64,000 nucleotides of DNA, from positions 1-64,000 of the IMG/VR virus record IMGVR_UViG_3300030390_002309, one strand, 5' to 3'. The position numbers and the translations under genes are program-made. The stretch's first letter is position 1. Each line of letters starts with the position of its first letter. This stretch comes from a virus. Below are positions 31,462 to 41,124 of the stretch, one piece after another. The notes below the pieces were generated by a model. It did not search any database and was not told where the DNA came from. It saw nothing but the letters and a program-made list of their open reading frames with translations.

Positions 31462-31989
31462 TTATCGGATCTTTTTCAACTGCCTATTCAATCTTTTCAA
31501 TTGCGTATTACCAGATTGTATATCTTTTTTAAATGTTGCCTTGTTAAGTTTACCTTTAACTAATGCCATTTGCTGATATATTGCTTGTTTAAGATCTAAC
31601 TTCTCTTGTTTAGATAATTTCTTTTTAGGAGTAGTATCAATTTTAGTTGGACTCAATGTACCTTTAAGATTAACTTGTTCTTTACCTTTATGGAATACAT
31701 TACCTTGCGGGTCAACAAATTCTTTCATGAACTGCCAACCTCGAGGTCTACCTTTTGATACATACCCGCCTTTCATCTCCGGAGGACCTACAGTCTTATT
31801 AACACAATGGGAGCATAATACAGCTGTTGTATTAGGATTTACTTCTGCCCAATTACTACACCTAGGCTTGTCGCCTAAAAACTGCCATCCCCAATATGAC
31901 TGATCTGGAATACTATTCCTACATATCATGTATGTTTTATTATTTTTCTTTTTTGTTCTAAACGAATGTGTAACTTTTTTCTTTGCCAT
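31462..31989 (-). CDS. Basic hypothetical protein with Cys cluster
   Basis: C..C..CSHC, PRGWQFMKEFVD. Confidence 0.55.
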   Translation of the reverse strand: MAKKKVTHSFRTKKKNNKTYMICRNSIPDQSYWGWQFLGDKPRCSNWAEVNPNTTAVLCSHCVNKTVGPPEMKGGYVSKGRPRGWQFMKEFVDPQGNVFHKGKEQVNLKGTLSPTKIDTTPKKKLSKQEKLDLKQAIYQQMALVKGKLNKATFKKDIQSGNTQLKRLNRQLKKIR

Positions 31990-32006
31990 TTTTTTAATTT
32001 ATAAAT

Positions 32007-33014
32007 TTACCAATAACTTTTTTTGCCCTTATCCTGTTCTGGATTAGGTTTTTCTTTATATATATCTTCTTTCGGTGTTGCTAATATCTTTTCATTCTTT
32101 TTAATCATTTCTTCTTGGTCTAACATTAACTGATCCTCCTTTACCTTTACTTCTTCTGGAATATCGTCTATTTCTTTTTGTAAAGGAATTTCATTTATAG
32201 ATTCGGTATCATCTTCTTTAATCATAGTAAATGCCATATTAGCTGCAACTACCAATGCAATTGCTAATGGGTCGAATACAAATATAATAAGCAATAGAAA
32301 CCAGTTAACAACTGTATTCATATCTTGTCCTGTTGTTTCTGCTAAATATTTTAAAGGACCTAATTCTCTCTGATCCTCATTATCTATTTGTTTATCTAAA
32401 ATACTTATATCTGTTTTAGATATAGAATCTTCAATCGCCTCTAGCTTATCATTTATAATATTTCTATCACCTAATGTTCTGGCTAATTCATTTTGCAATG
32501 CCCTTCTACTCGATGAAGATGTTGTTGTTATCAATTGACCACTTTCTCTATCAACATATTGTACTTGTGCAGGATTCGAAAGAGATATTCTTAAATTTGA
32601 AATAGATTTAGTTAATCCTTCTTTTTCATATTTAAGGTCTTGTTTATTCTCTTCAAACCTAATTTGCTTCTGTTGTAATATTGCCAATGATTTATCAAGC
32701 AATTCTGATTGAGTTGCAGTTGATTGATAAGCGCCAGATAAAAATCCATATATACCTCCCGATGTTATTATCATAAGTATTAGTGTAGCAATAGATAAAT
32801 ATAATCTTAACGCTTTATTTATTGTATCCCAGTATTGATATAATAAAGATGCGACAACTAATTTAGCAAATTCTAATGAACCTGCCATTATTATTACTTG
32901 CAAACTTGCGCCTGCGAACAACTTGCTTAATCCAAATACAGAATAAAATGCTGCACTACCAGATACTGATAATGCTGCTAATCCTATTACTATTGGAAAA
33001 AGCATTTTCTTCAT
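32007..33014 (-). CDS. Multi-pass membrane protein with large coiled-coil loop
   Basis: Three N-terminal TM helices, coiled coil, C-terminal IIFVFDPLAIAL TM helix. Confidence 0.65.
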   Translation of the reverse strand: MKKMLFPIVIGLAALSVSGSAAFYSVFGLSKLFAGASLQVIIMAGSLEFAKLVVASLLYQYWDTINKALRLYLSIATLILMIITSGGIYGFLSGAYQSTATQSELLDKSLAILQQKQIRFEENKQDLKYEKEGLTKSISNLRISLSNPAQVQYVDRESGQLITTTSSSSRRALQNELARTLGDRNIINDKLEAIEDSISKTDISILDKQIDNEDQRELGPLKYLAETTGQDMNTVVNWFLLLIIFVFDPLAIALVVAANMAFTMIKEDDTESINEIPLQKEIDDIPEEVKVKEDQLMLDQEEMIKKNEKILATPKEDIYKEKPNPEQDKGKKSYW

Positions 33015-33188
33015 TTAACTGCCCGATACTCGATCTGTAATTGTTGCTATCTTATGACGAATATTCATGAACCGGTTTCTTGCATCCATTGGGTCTATCT
33101 TCATGCCTCTTTCGATTGATTGGTTCATGATCATAATCATGTTATCCACTTCATCTAAGAGTCTTAATACATTGTCTTTATCTTTCAT
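33015..33188 (-). CDS. 57-aa hypothetical protein (not in ORF track)
   Basis: MKDKDNVLRLLDEVDNM...DRVSGS*, exactly fills the gap between neighbours. Confidence 0.6.
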   Translation of the reverse strand: MKDKDNVLRLLDEVDNMIMIMNQSIERGMKIDPMDARNRFMNIRHKIATITDRVSGS

Positions 33189-34180
33189 AGTAAAACTTCT
33201 TTTTTATTATTATTATTTTTATACGCATAAATATTGCGATATTCTAAAAGTGCCAACTCTTTTGCTTTGGCTTCTATTACAATATCTAGATCTAGCCCGT
33301 ACGTCTCAATCTCATCACGTATATAATCTGAATGAGCTTGTGCTCTAATCGTAGGGTCTTGAAACTCTCTTGCTCTACTTTCTGAATAATGTGTACATTG
33401 TCTAATACCTTCAGGCCATGTAGTTGCGGCTAATTTTAATGCTTGTTCTTCTGATAATTCATCTGGGTGAAATGTATGGTGATGATAGTCGAATGTGATT
33501 GGGATGCCAATCTCTTTATGGAAGTACTCATAAATCATCTTTGTCGACCACATACTAGGTTTGTCATCATTTTCTAATACTAAACGCTTTTTACAATTAT
33601 CAGATAATCTATGCCAACCTGCAATCCATCTTTTTGCAGTACCTACAAAGTCGCCACCATATGAGCCACCAACATGAATATTAATTTTATTTTCAAATGA
33701 TGGTTCAAATCCCATAATATCAAATGTTTCAGAATGTCGTTCTAGACTTATAATTGTACGTTCTACAACATCTAATTTAGGAGAACCTAATACATTAAAT
33801 GGTCCAGGATGAGTTGTAATACGTATACCATTCTTACGTGCATAGTCACCACATTCTAATAACTTTTTTGCTATTTCATTGAACTGCGGAAGTTGATGTA
33901 ACTCATATTGGTCATGCCATGGAAATAATTCAGAACCTAATCTAAATACTTTTATCTTATGTTCATTGTTCCATTCAAGGTAATGTAATAAGTCATTTGC
34001 ATTTAATAAAGTCCTTTCACCTAATAAATGTAAGTCCCAATCTTTAGGGTCTTCAGATCCTTTTTTCCAAGTTACCTTTCTAGCGGTTCTTGATGTTGTA
34101 ATTCTACCACCGGCCTTTTTTGGACGGTTAGTTAATGTCATGTTGACACATGCATATCCTAATCTCATTTTTTTGTTCAT
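33185..34180 (-). CDS. uvsE: UV-damage endonuclease (UvsE/UVDE)
   Basis: RLGYAC, FRLGS, HPGPFNVLGS, NIHVGG, LENDD, FDYHHH, HSDY, EAKAKE. Confidence 0.92.
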   Translation of the reverse strand: MNKKMRLGYACVNMTLTNRPKKAGGRITTSRTARKVTWKKGSEDPKDWDLHLLGERTLLNANDLLHYLEWNNEHKIKVFRLGSELFPWHDQYELHQLPQFNEIAKKLLECGDYARKNGIRITTHPGPFNVLGSPKLDVVERTIISLERHSETFDIMGFEPSFENKINIHVGGSYGGDFVGTAKRWIAGWHRLSDNCKKRLVLENDDKPSMWSTKMIYEYFHKEIGIPITFDYHHHTFHPDELSEEQALKLAATTWPEGIRQCTHYSESRAREFQDPTIRAQAHSDYIRDEIETYGLDLDIVIEAKAKELALLEYRNIYAYKNNNNKKEVLL

Positions 34181-34211
34181 ATATTAATATAATAAATTTA
34201 TCTCGTAATTC

Positions 34212-35507
34212 CTAAACATTTCTCCCATTTTCAAAAACATGTTTAACGGTCGGGAACCGTAAACTTAATTCTCCTTTCTGATTTTTTGTCTCTTCAAAGT
34301 ATTGAACGGTAATTTCTTTTCCAACAATTAAATCTGGATTAGCATTATATTTAATTCTTTGCTCTTGATTCCATCCTGACCCAACTGCTACTTCATATCC
34401 TTTATGACTAATATATGCTTGAGCCATCATTGGAATAACAACTTCTTTACCTTCTCTAATAACTCTATGGTCTTCAAAGTCGATACTTTCTACTACATAT
34501 TCTGCATCAAAGAATTTTTTAACCTTCAATAAGTTTTGAGACCTCTTACCTTCATACCCAACATTTTTTCTTAACATAACTCCTTCATGACCATCTTTCT
34601 CTGCATCTGCTTTTAATTTTGCAAAATAGTCATCTCCAGAAACTACATGTTGATCTAAAACACTTAAGCACGAATTATTTTCTAAATGCAAAATATGTTT
34701 TCCAAATCTAGCAATTCTCATTGTCAATGTTGTTTCACTTTCTTTTGCATTAAATTCATTTAAGGTTAAGTAATCAAACATTACATATTTAGGATTAGTA
34801 ATTGTATGATTCTTTCTTTTGATTTGTTTCATTATACCTTGAAAATCTTCATTACCATTTTCATCCATTAAACAAATCTCTCCATCAAACACAACTCCTA
34901 CAACACCTAATTTTTTAATAGCATCTTTAACTACCTGTAATGTTTCAAATTCATTACCTACTCTAGAATATGATTTTACATTACCTTGATAATCAACTAT
35001 TGTTAAACATCTTACGCCATCTAATTTTCTAGATGCTAACCATATATCATCCCAATCAACTCTCTTTGGGTCAAATTTATTTGCTAATGCTACATCAAAG
35101 GTTGGAACTAAATTTGGAATAACCTTATTAATAACCGATTCAGATGCTCTAATTTCTAAATTCCTATCTATAATAGAGAAAATTAAATCTTCATATTCAT
35201 TATATTCGGCTACAAATGCATTAACCATTGCAATTGCATCATGGCCGGTAAACACTCTATTATTAAGATCATCGAATAAATCAAATATATCATCATAATT
35301 TGAATTCATATCACATAAATCTGCATTCTTTTTGCAATTCTTACTGGTCAAATAATACTTTTTATATGGGTCTAAGGCATAATTTAAAGCCTTTTTAATG
35401 AACTTATCTTCCTTAATGGTATCAATAATAACCTTTTTCTCATTAAGAGAACTGGTATTCTTCATATTATTAACAAAATCTTGGAGTTTTTCTAGGTTTT
35501 TCTTCAT
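34212..35507 (-). CDS. ATP-dependent DNA ligase
   Basis: KLDGVR, FDGE, EGVMLR, LLKVK, SLRFP motifs. Confidence 0.93.
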   Translation of the reverse strand: MKKNLEKLQDFVNNMKNTSSLNEKKVIIDTIKEDKFIKKALNYALDPYKKYYLTSKNCKKNADLCDMNSNYDDIFDLFDDLNNRVFTGHDAIAMVNAFVAEYNEYEDLIFSIIDRNLEIRASESVINKVIPNLVPTFDVALANKFDPKRVDWDDIWLASRKLDGVRCLTIVDYQGNVKSYSRVGNEFETLQVVKDAIKKLGVVGVVFDGEICLMDENGNEDFQGIMKQIKRKNHTITNPKYVMFDYLTLNEFNAKESETTLTMRIARFGKHILHLENNSCLSVLDQHVVSGDDYFAKLKADAEKDGHEGVMLRKNVGYEGKRSQNLLKVKKFFDAEYVVESIDFEDHRVIREGKEVVIPMMAQAYISHKGYEVAVGSGWNQEQRIKYNANPDLIVGKEITVQYFEETKNQKGELSLRFPTVKHVFENGRNV

Positions 35508-35532
35508 ATCTTATGGTTTTTATTTAATATCT

Positions 35533-35590
35533 TATATATAAAGATAAGGATAATATCCCTAATAACCTAATCTTTTTGAAGCTTTTTTAC
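35533..35590 (-). promoter_or_regulatory. Repeated early-type promoter copy upstream of the ligase
   Basis: AAAAAGCTTCAAAAAGATTAGG-N19-TATCTTTATATATA on the minus strand. Confidence 0.7.
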
Positions 35591-35736
35591 ATAAATGTTA
35601 ACTTAATCTTTTCTTAATCATTACATAATATGGTTTAGTTAGTGACATGTTATTTATATATGAATATGAAACGTAAAATAGACATATCTAGCATATTATA
35701 TATTGCCATAATGATCATGGTATTTGCATTAGCAAT

Positions 35737-35964
35737 CTAAGGTTTTTGCTTTACATTACCTTTTTGGTTATCCCATGAAATGATTTCAGCTTCTTGAAGT
35801 GTTTCACAACAATAAAAATACCCATCCTTCTTTAATAAAGTATCAGATTGAGTCCATCCCTTAAGGTCTTGTTGATTAAAGTCTGGCTTTAGTTTAGATA
35901 CCTTGATAATACGTTTAACTAAGTATTTGTTTCCGTTATAATCTATAAATTTATGATTGATCAT
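35737..35964 (-). CDS. Hypothetical protein
   Basis: ORF in a tightly packed minus-strand run. Confidence 0.55.
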   Translation of the reverse strand: MINHKFIDYNGNKYLVKRIIKVSKLKPDFNQQDLKGWTQSDTLLKKDGYFYCCETLQEAEIISWDNQKGNVKQKP

Positions 35965-35972
35965 TGATATAT

Positions 35973-36377
35973 TTAATTACTACAAATAGGATCTACTTTA
36001 CCTATAATATCATATACTCGTAAATACTTGTATATGTCAAACTCTGTTTTCTTTTCTTTTACTTTTTGTAATAACATGCCATCGTTCCATAATTTTTCAA
36101 CAAACCTTTTTATTGCTGCTAAACTATTAGAATTGATATGTAATTTATTTGGAAATTCTGTTACAGATAATCTATATGGTCCTACCTCATAATCCGTTAC
36201 TTGAATTGCTGGTGGAGATGTTACCCATTTTTCTGTTAGTTTTGAAACTTGTTTTATAACAGCTGCTTCGGTACCTATTTGTATTGCATCAAATAAAAAT
36301 TCAACTTTATCTAAATCATCTAATGCTACAAATAAATCAAAATCGTCTTCCAGTATTTCGAGTTCATTTAGTTTCAT
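35973..36377 (-). CDS. Hypothetical protein
   Basis: ORF; start overlaps the upstream stop. Confidence 0.6.
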   Translation of the reverse strand: MKLNELEILEDDFDLFVALDDLDKVEFLFDAIQIGTEAAVIKQVSKLTEKWVTSPPAIQVTDYEVGPYRLSVTEFPNKLHINSNSLAAIKRFVEKLWNDGMLLQKVKEKKTEFDIYKYLRVYDIIGKVDPICSN

Positions 36378-36574
36378 TAGCCTAGTAGTAAATTTTTATT
36401 ATTTTGATTTGTCTGAATTTCTCTTACATCAAATAGATTATTAAACTGATTTAATGATAATTTTTTAACACCAGCAAAGTACGCAACTGCCTGGTTTTTA
36501 GAAGGCATCTCAATTAAACTAATATGATGTCTTCCCTCGTTTGTTCCCTTCGTGTACATTCCAAATTTTGACAT
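36377..36574 (-). CDS. Hypothetical protein
   Basis: ORF with late-type motif at 36589. Confidence 0.55.
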   Translation of the reverse strand: MSKFGMYTKGTNEGRHHISLIEMPSKNQAVAYFAGVKKLSLNQFNNLFDVREIQTNQNNKNLLLG

Positions 36575-36609
36575 ATTGTTCCTTTTATATAAATATCATA
36601 ATCATCAAC

Positions 36610-36834
36610 CTAGGTTGACTGATAATTGTTAATCTTAAACTCTATCTTATCTATAGTACTTTTTTTATTATAAGGCAAAGTGGTCATTAACAAATCAACT
36701 TCTTCGGCCAATGTTCCTGATAATATTAAAGCATCTACTCCCTGTGTATACCATTTTAAAACAGCATCAACTCCACCATTACGGTAGAGCCTGATTACCT
36801 GTTCATCATTGATATGTCGTTTATGAAATCCCAT
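36610..36834 (-). CDS. Hypothetical protein
   Basis: ORF with TAATG coupling to the upstream gene. Confidence 0.55.
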   Translation of the reverse strand: MGFHKRHINDEQVIRLYRNGGVDAVLKWYTQGVDALILSGTLAEEVDLLMTTLPYNKKSTIDKIEFKINNYQST

Positions 36835-37097
36835 TAACGCATCATGCCCATCTTATATTTTCTATTAACAATATCCTTCGAAGAATTCATTGTTCTAGCA
36901 ATCATATCTAATTCTTGATATGTTACTTCAAATGATCTACTACCAATATGTAACTTACCTACTACCGGTGTTTCATTTGTTTCAAAATTATGTGCAGTTA
37001 AATTATCGTTAATTTCAAAATCAATCGTTCCATATAGTTTTCCAAATTTTTGAACTTTCTTTTGATCGTACTGTGCCGTATTGTTTACGTATCCCAT
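36834..37097 (-). CDS. Hypothetical protein
   Basis: ORF in operon. Confidence 0.55.
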   Translation of the reverse strand: MGYVNNTAQYDQKKVQKFGKLYGTIDFEINDNLTAHNFETNETPVVGKLHIGSRSFEVTYQELDMIARTMNSSKDIVNRKYKMGMMR

Positions 37098-37101
37098 GTC
37101 T

Positions 37102-37893
37102 TTAGTTTTTATAAATTATTAATGTAAATATATCATTTGAAAATGTATGGTCTAATGCTACATTTCCAAATTGTTCTTGTGCCCAATTAAATACTGTCCC
37201 AGCATTATAATTAGTAAGACCATCCTCTATTTTTGTTATATCAGAAGCAAGTAATATTACACTTCCTTTTTCACAATGTTTCATCATTGCTGTAATTGTA
37301 TCTTGAAGATATTTCATGTCATCACGAACCGTATCTCCATCATATCTTAAATTATTTGAGCCTATATTAATAGACCAATCTTGTTTAAGATCATCATCTA
37401 ATTTAAACCAATCTTCACTACGAAGTTCAACCTCATTTTCATATACCTTTTTGCCGGCATCTATCAATTGTTGATTCATATCAATACCAATATAGTCTAA
37501 TGTTTCGTTATATTCTTGTTCATAGAATCTTTCAAAATCTCCTCTAGCACAGCCAAAATCTAAAACACTATCTTCTTCACTAATATAATTAGAGATGATA
37601 CGATAAGTATCCCATTGTTGTTCTCGATTTTCATATCCTACAGCCTCTGATGAATACTCTAAATATTCTGGGTCTATACTTGCTTGATCATTCATTTCAG
37701 AAACCTCTTCTTTAGTAGGTTCAATTTCTTCCATTTCTAAATCAACTTCTTCATAATGTAATCCATCATTTCCATTTTGACCAATCACATTCATTCGTTG
37801 TTCTGCATCTGATTCTAGATTATTATCTGTCAATTCGAGGTTCGTACCCTCTAGTTCCTTATTGTCCATTACTGGATCTGGATTCTTTTTCAT
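37102..37893 (-). CDS. Class I SAM-dependent methyltransferase with acidic N-terminal extension
   Basis: VLDFGCARG motif I, YIGIDMN motif II; start placed at 37893 to avoid overlap. Confidence 0.75.
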   Translation of the reverse strand: MKKNPDPVMDNKELEGTNLELTDNNLESDAEQRMNVIGQNGNDGLHYEEVDLEMEEIEPTKEEVSEMNDQASIDPEYLEYSSEAVGYENREQQWDTYRIISNYISEEDSVLDFGCARGDFERFYEQEYNETLDYIGIDMNQQLIDAGKKVYENEVELRSEDWFKLDDDLKQDWSINIGSNNLRYDGDTVRDDMKYLQDTITAMMKHCEKGSVILLASDITKIEDGLTNYNAGTVFNWAQEQFGNVALDHTFSNDIFTLIIYKN

Positions 37894-37909
37894 AAGTAAT
37901 TTTTTTAAT

Positions 37910-38191
37910 TTATTTAACACGTCTTCCTCTCTTTTTTCGTTTATGTATTCTTTGCAATTTACTTTCAACATCTGAGAGGTCCATTCTTGCAGGATGAGCT
38001 CTATTAAAGTTTTGCGTTAACCTACATGACATTGCAGCATGTTCCCATGCTACATCATCATTATTGGTACGCGGCATATAGAACTCTGCTGCTAAGAATT
38101 TATCTCCGTTCATTACTCGTACTCCATCCGTACTCTGTTCTACATATGCATTCGGATATTGTTTAAGTACTTTCTTTTGAAATTTATTCAT
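37910..38191 (-). CDS. Hypothetical protein
   Basis: Likely start MNKFQKK at 38191, just after the upstream stop. Confidence 0.55.
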   Translation of the reverse strand: MNKFQKKVLKQYPNAYVEQSTDGVRVMNGDKFLAAEFYMPRTNNDDVAWEHAAMSCRLTQNFNRAHPARMDLSDVESKLQRIHKRKKRGRRVK

Positions 38192-38192
38192 A

Positions 38193-38612
38193 TTAATATG
38201 ACCTAGGTCCTTGCGTCGGAAATATAAAATCATTTCTTTTTTCAATTTGCTGAACTGATACATTTGGTGATACATTTTCTCCATCAAACCATAATTCAAT
38301 ATTCTCAGCATAATTTGCTCTCGTATGGCCTACACCATCCTTTGCAAATAATTTAGTAGGTTCAACATCTCCAACTTCTGCTGCCCCATTCCATATACTT
38401 GTTAGATTAGAATCAATTAACGCATATGATTCAGAAAACTTATTCTTAGCTTTATCTACTGATACTAATAAGAATCCTTGACCCTTTTCACTTCTTAAGT
38501 CATAGAATACCTTTGAGTCTACTGATCTAACATTTGTTATAACTCCTACTTGAGCAACTCCTTCTGTCTTAAAGACAACCTTATCATCTATTTCATATCT
38601 CACTTTACTCAT
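38193..38612 (-). CDS. Hypothetical protein (SH3/KOW-like N-terminus)
   Basis: YEIDDKVVFK...VGVITNV. Confidence 0.5.
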   Translation of the reverse strand: MSKVRYEIDDKVVFKTEGVAQVGVITNVRSVDSKVFYDLRSEKGQGFLLVSVDKAKNKFSESYALIDSNLTSIWNGAAEVGDVEPTKLFAKDGVGHTRANYAENIELWFDGENVSPNVSVQQIEKRNDFIFPTQGPRSY

Positions 38613-38613
38613 C

Positions 38614-38826
38614 TTAAACGTTTTTAGAATTATTAATTACTTTACAGATTTGAGATGAACTAACTGACTTAACTTCAAATTCAACTCCGTCATTTTTAAA
38701 ATCTTCAACTACTAATGCTTCTGCATGAGTAACTGATACTGCATTAACTAAATACGTCTCCGTTTGCCATTTAACTCCCTTAGGTGTATCGGTTGCAATC
38801 TTTACCTTACTTACATAATAACTCAT
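38614..38826 (-). CDS. DUF4494-like protein (Bacteroidota family)
   Basis: ETYLVNAVSVTHAEALV...FEVKSV pattern. Confidence 0.6.
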   Translation of the reverse strand: MSYYVSKVKIATDTPKGVKWQTETYLVNAVSVTHAEALVVEDFKNDGVEFEVKSVSSSQICKVINNSKNV

Positions 38827-38902
38827 AATTTTTATTTTTTTAATTTATATTAATTTAATATAAGGACTTTTTTTCAAAGATCCTAATTTTTTTACAACTT
38901 TT

Positions 38903-39208
38903 TTAAATAGATTCATTATACATTGCATTATCCAATTCTGCCGAACATTCTATATTTGGAGTATTGGTTGCAAAATATATAAACTTATCTCTACCATATT
39001 TAATAGCATTTGAAGGCCATTCTATTCTATCAATTAAGCCTTTCTTAACACCTCTTCGTAACATGGTTGCATATTTATGATTGGCTTGCAATTTATTGTT
39101 ATTTCGGTCATAACCAAATGCTGCTTTATTAATTTCATTTTCGGTCATAGGTCCTATTCTTTTTAAGACATCTACCATTTCATGAACTGAGTTTCTCTCT
39201 TTTGTCAT
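38903..39208 (-). CDS. Hypothetical early protein
   Basis: ORF behind the repeated promoter at 39263-39318. Confidence 0.55.
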   Translation of the reverse strand: MTKERNSVHEMVDVLKRIGPMTENEINKAAFGYDRNNNKLQANHKYATMLRRGVKKGLIDRIEWPSNAIKYGRDKFIYFATNTPNIECSAELDNAMYNESI

Positions 39209-39262
39209 TTTTTATTTATTAATTTTAGATCAATTTAAGGCTTGATCTTTAACCTTTTTATT

Positions 39263-39318
39263 ATATATAAAGATAAGGAATATATTTCATATAACCTAAT
39301 CTTTTTGAAGCTTTTTTA
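39263..39318 (-). promoter_or_regulatory. Repeated early-type promoter copy
   Basis: Near-identical to the 35533-35590 copy. Confidence 0.7.
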
Positions 39319-39319
39319 A

Positions 39320-39727
39320 TTATATTTGTTCACTATAATCATGCTTCTGCCAATCAAATCCTATCATCATTTTAGATGTTCTAGGAACAATATCTTCAAA
39401 GCATAAGTAACTATACTCTTCATGTAATTGCCAATTAGCACAATCATTTAATGCAATGATGCCTTGCTCTCTAACATCTATTAATTCATATCCATCACCA
39501 TAACCGAATCCTGTAATACATTCTACTAGTTTTCTAAGGTCCTTTTCTCCTTTATCCATTCCACCATTAGCAGCAAAGTTGCCTATAGCTCTTTGATAAG
39601 CGCCATATATCTTTTCTGCTACATTGATTCTCATCTCTTCAGCAATCTTATCATTATGTTTATACATTGCCGTTGAATGTGGCTTTGTAATTTCGATTCC
39701 GTACTTAATTTGGTTTTTCTTTTTCAT
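39320..39727 (-). CDS. Hypothetical early protein
   Basis: ORF behind the repeated promoter at 39747-39790. Confidence 0.6.
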   Translation of the reverse strand: MKKKNQIKYGIEITKPHSTAMYKHNDKIAEEMRINVAEKIYGAYQRAIGNFAANGGMDKGEKDLRKLVECITGFGYGDGYELIDVREQGIIALNDCANWQLHEEYSYLCFEDIVPRTSKMMIGFDWQKHDYSEQI

Positions 39728-39746
39728 ATCTATTACTTTTTTATTT

Positions 39747-39790
39747 ATATATAAAGATAAGAAATATATTTCAATTAGGCAAATCTTTTA
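39747..39790 (-). promoter_or_regulatory. Repeated early-type promoter (Bacteroidota -33/-7-like)
   Basis: TTTG-CCTAATTGAAATATATTTCT(20 nt)-TATCTTTA. Confidence 0.75.
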
Positions 39791-39815
39791 CCAAAAATGT
39801 TTAGAAAAAGTTAAC

Positions 39816-39844
39816 AAAAGGAAAGACGCATTAAGCGCCTTTCC
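39816..39844 (-). terminator. Intrinsic terminator
   Basis: GGAAAGGCGC-TTAAT-GCGTCTTTCC followed by TTTTGTT, just after the stop at 39859. Confidence 0.75.
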
Positions 39845-39858
39845 AATTATATATAAAA

Positions 39859-40083
39859 CTACTTCTTTACAAAGAATGATGCAACGATCACTAATACAAC
39901 TAAACCTACAAACCCACCATTACCTAGTGAAGTTACAAGTGCTGATAAATTAGCAATTACATCCATTCCAAATACTGAACCACCTGTTAAGATAGTCCAA
40001 AGAATTGTTACCGGTAATACAGCCATCATGATAGTCATTAGACCACCAAAAAATCCTGTAATGTATTTAATAATACTTTCCAT
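39859..40083 (-). CDS. Small hydrophobic membrane protein
   Basis: Almost entirely hydrophobic, 2-3 TM helices, ends in KK. Confidence 0.7.
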   Translation of the reverse strand: MESIIKYITGFFGGLMTIMMAVLPVTILWTILTGGSVFGMDVIANLSALVTSLGNGGFVGLVVLVIVASFFVKK

Positions 40084-40159
40084 AATAATTTCCTCTTTTA
40101 TTTGTTGTTATTTGACACTATTGTCGAATCGGGGTGTTTAGAGAGATCGCTTATTTTTA

Positions 40160-40570
40160 TTAGAATTTAAGACCGAAACCTAACCCTAAGTTAGTTGTCT
40201 TATCTTCTGTATTATAAACGATTCTTGGATCTACAAACACATTCTTATGTATTGTAAACATCCTACCTACTCCGAGACTCAATGTCTCAGTATCAAATCC
40301 ATTTGCTGAAGCATATGCAAAATATCCTTTGTAGAAATATCTTGCATGAAGATCTATCTCCATATCAACAGTTGAATCCATTTGTGAAATTGCTAAACCT
40401 ATCATTAGGTTATCATTAATTCCATATCCTACAGTTGGACTAACTGCCCATTCTGTCCAGGATACGTTGCTTATATCACTAGCACCTACGTACCAGTCAC
40501 CTTTCGTTTGCGCGTCAGATGCAACAACTGTTGCAAATATTAACGCTATTGTTAAAATCAAATTTTTCAT
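40160..40570 (-). CDS. Small outer-membrane beta-barrel protein
   Basis: Signal peptide (…VASDA/Q), alternating aromatic beta strands, C-terminal beta signal LGFGLKF. Confidence 0.75.
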   Translation of the reverse strand: MKNLILTIALIFATVVASDAQTKGDWYVGASDISNVSWTEWAVSPTVGYGINDNLMIGLAISQMDSTVDMEIDLHARYFYKGYFAYASANGFDTETLSLGVGRMFTIHKNVFVDPRIVYNTEDKTTNLGLGFGLKF

Positions 40571-40725
40571 AATTATTTTTCTCCTTTATTATATTGTGCC
40601 ACTATTGGCTTTTACCTTAAGGATCTCTCTAATTATACGCTACACCCATAGCGTATTTCTTAATACCTTTTTACTTATTATTATTATTAATATATAAAAA
40701 CTATTTCGTAAAACCTAATAAAACT

Positions 40726-41124
40726 TTAAAATTGTTTTGGTATTGGCTGACTTCTTCTGCCGCCCTTTTCTCGTAAACCTTCTAATTGCTGTGCAATCTC
40801 TATTTCTGCTTTGATTTGAAGCATAAGGACTCCCTTATCTTCAAACACTCCTTCGAGTGACTTATATTTGTTGTAACTATTAGTATCACCTGCAGACGCA
40901 TCTTGTGCCGTCTTAAGTGCTCCTTCTATTCTTGTTGCTATTTCTGTTCTTAATGATGACCTATTCATTGTCCCAAATCCAACGATATGAATCTCTGGAT
41001 CTATTGGGTCAAAGTCTTCTGCATCAAGCAGTCCACCATATTTGTAAGTTCTTTCGTTAAGTACCGAATCAACTTCTTCCCTAACTAAACCTCTTATTCT
41101 ATTTGCTAAATCTTGTTTGTCCAT
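40726..41124 (-). CDS. Hypothetical late protein (possible internal head protein)
   Basis: N-terminal IRGLVREEV..VLNE. Confidence 0.5.
   Translation of the reverse strand: MDKQDLANRIRGLVREEVDSVLNERTYKYGGLLDAEDFDPIDPEIHIVGFGTMNRSSLRTEIATRIEGALKTAQDASAGDTNSYNKYKSLEGVFEDKGVLMLQIKAEIEIAQQLEGLREKGGRRSQPIPKQF

Noticed and set aside
7709-35507. Introns or inteins in the Mre11-Rad50, primase or ligase genes
   Set aside because: ORFs are uninterrupted and of expected length, with no intein splice-junction or LAGLIDADG motifs recognised.
40138-40632. Inverted repeat around the OMP gene read as IS/MITE ends
   Set aside because: No transposase or evident target-site duplication; retained only as an RNA-structure hypothesis.
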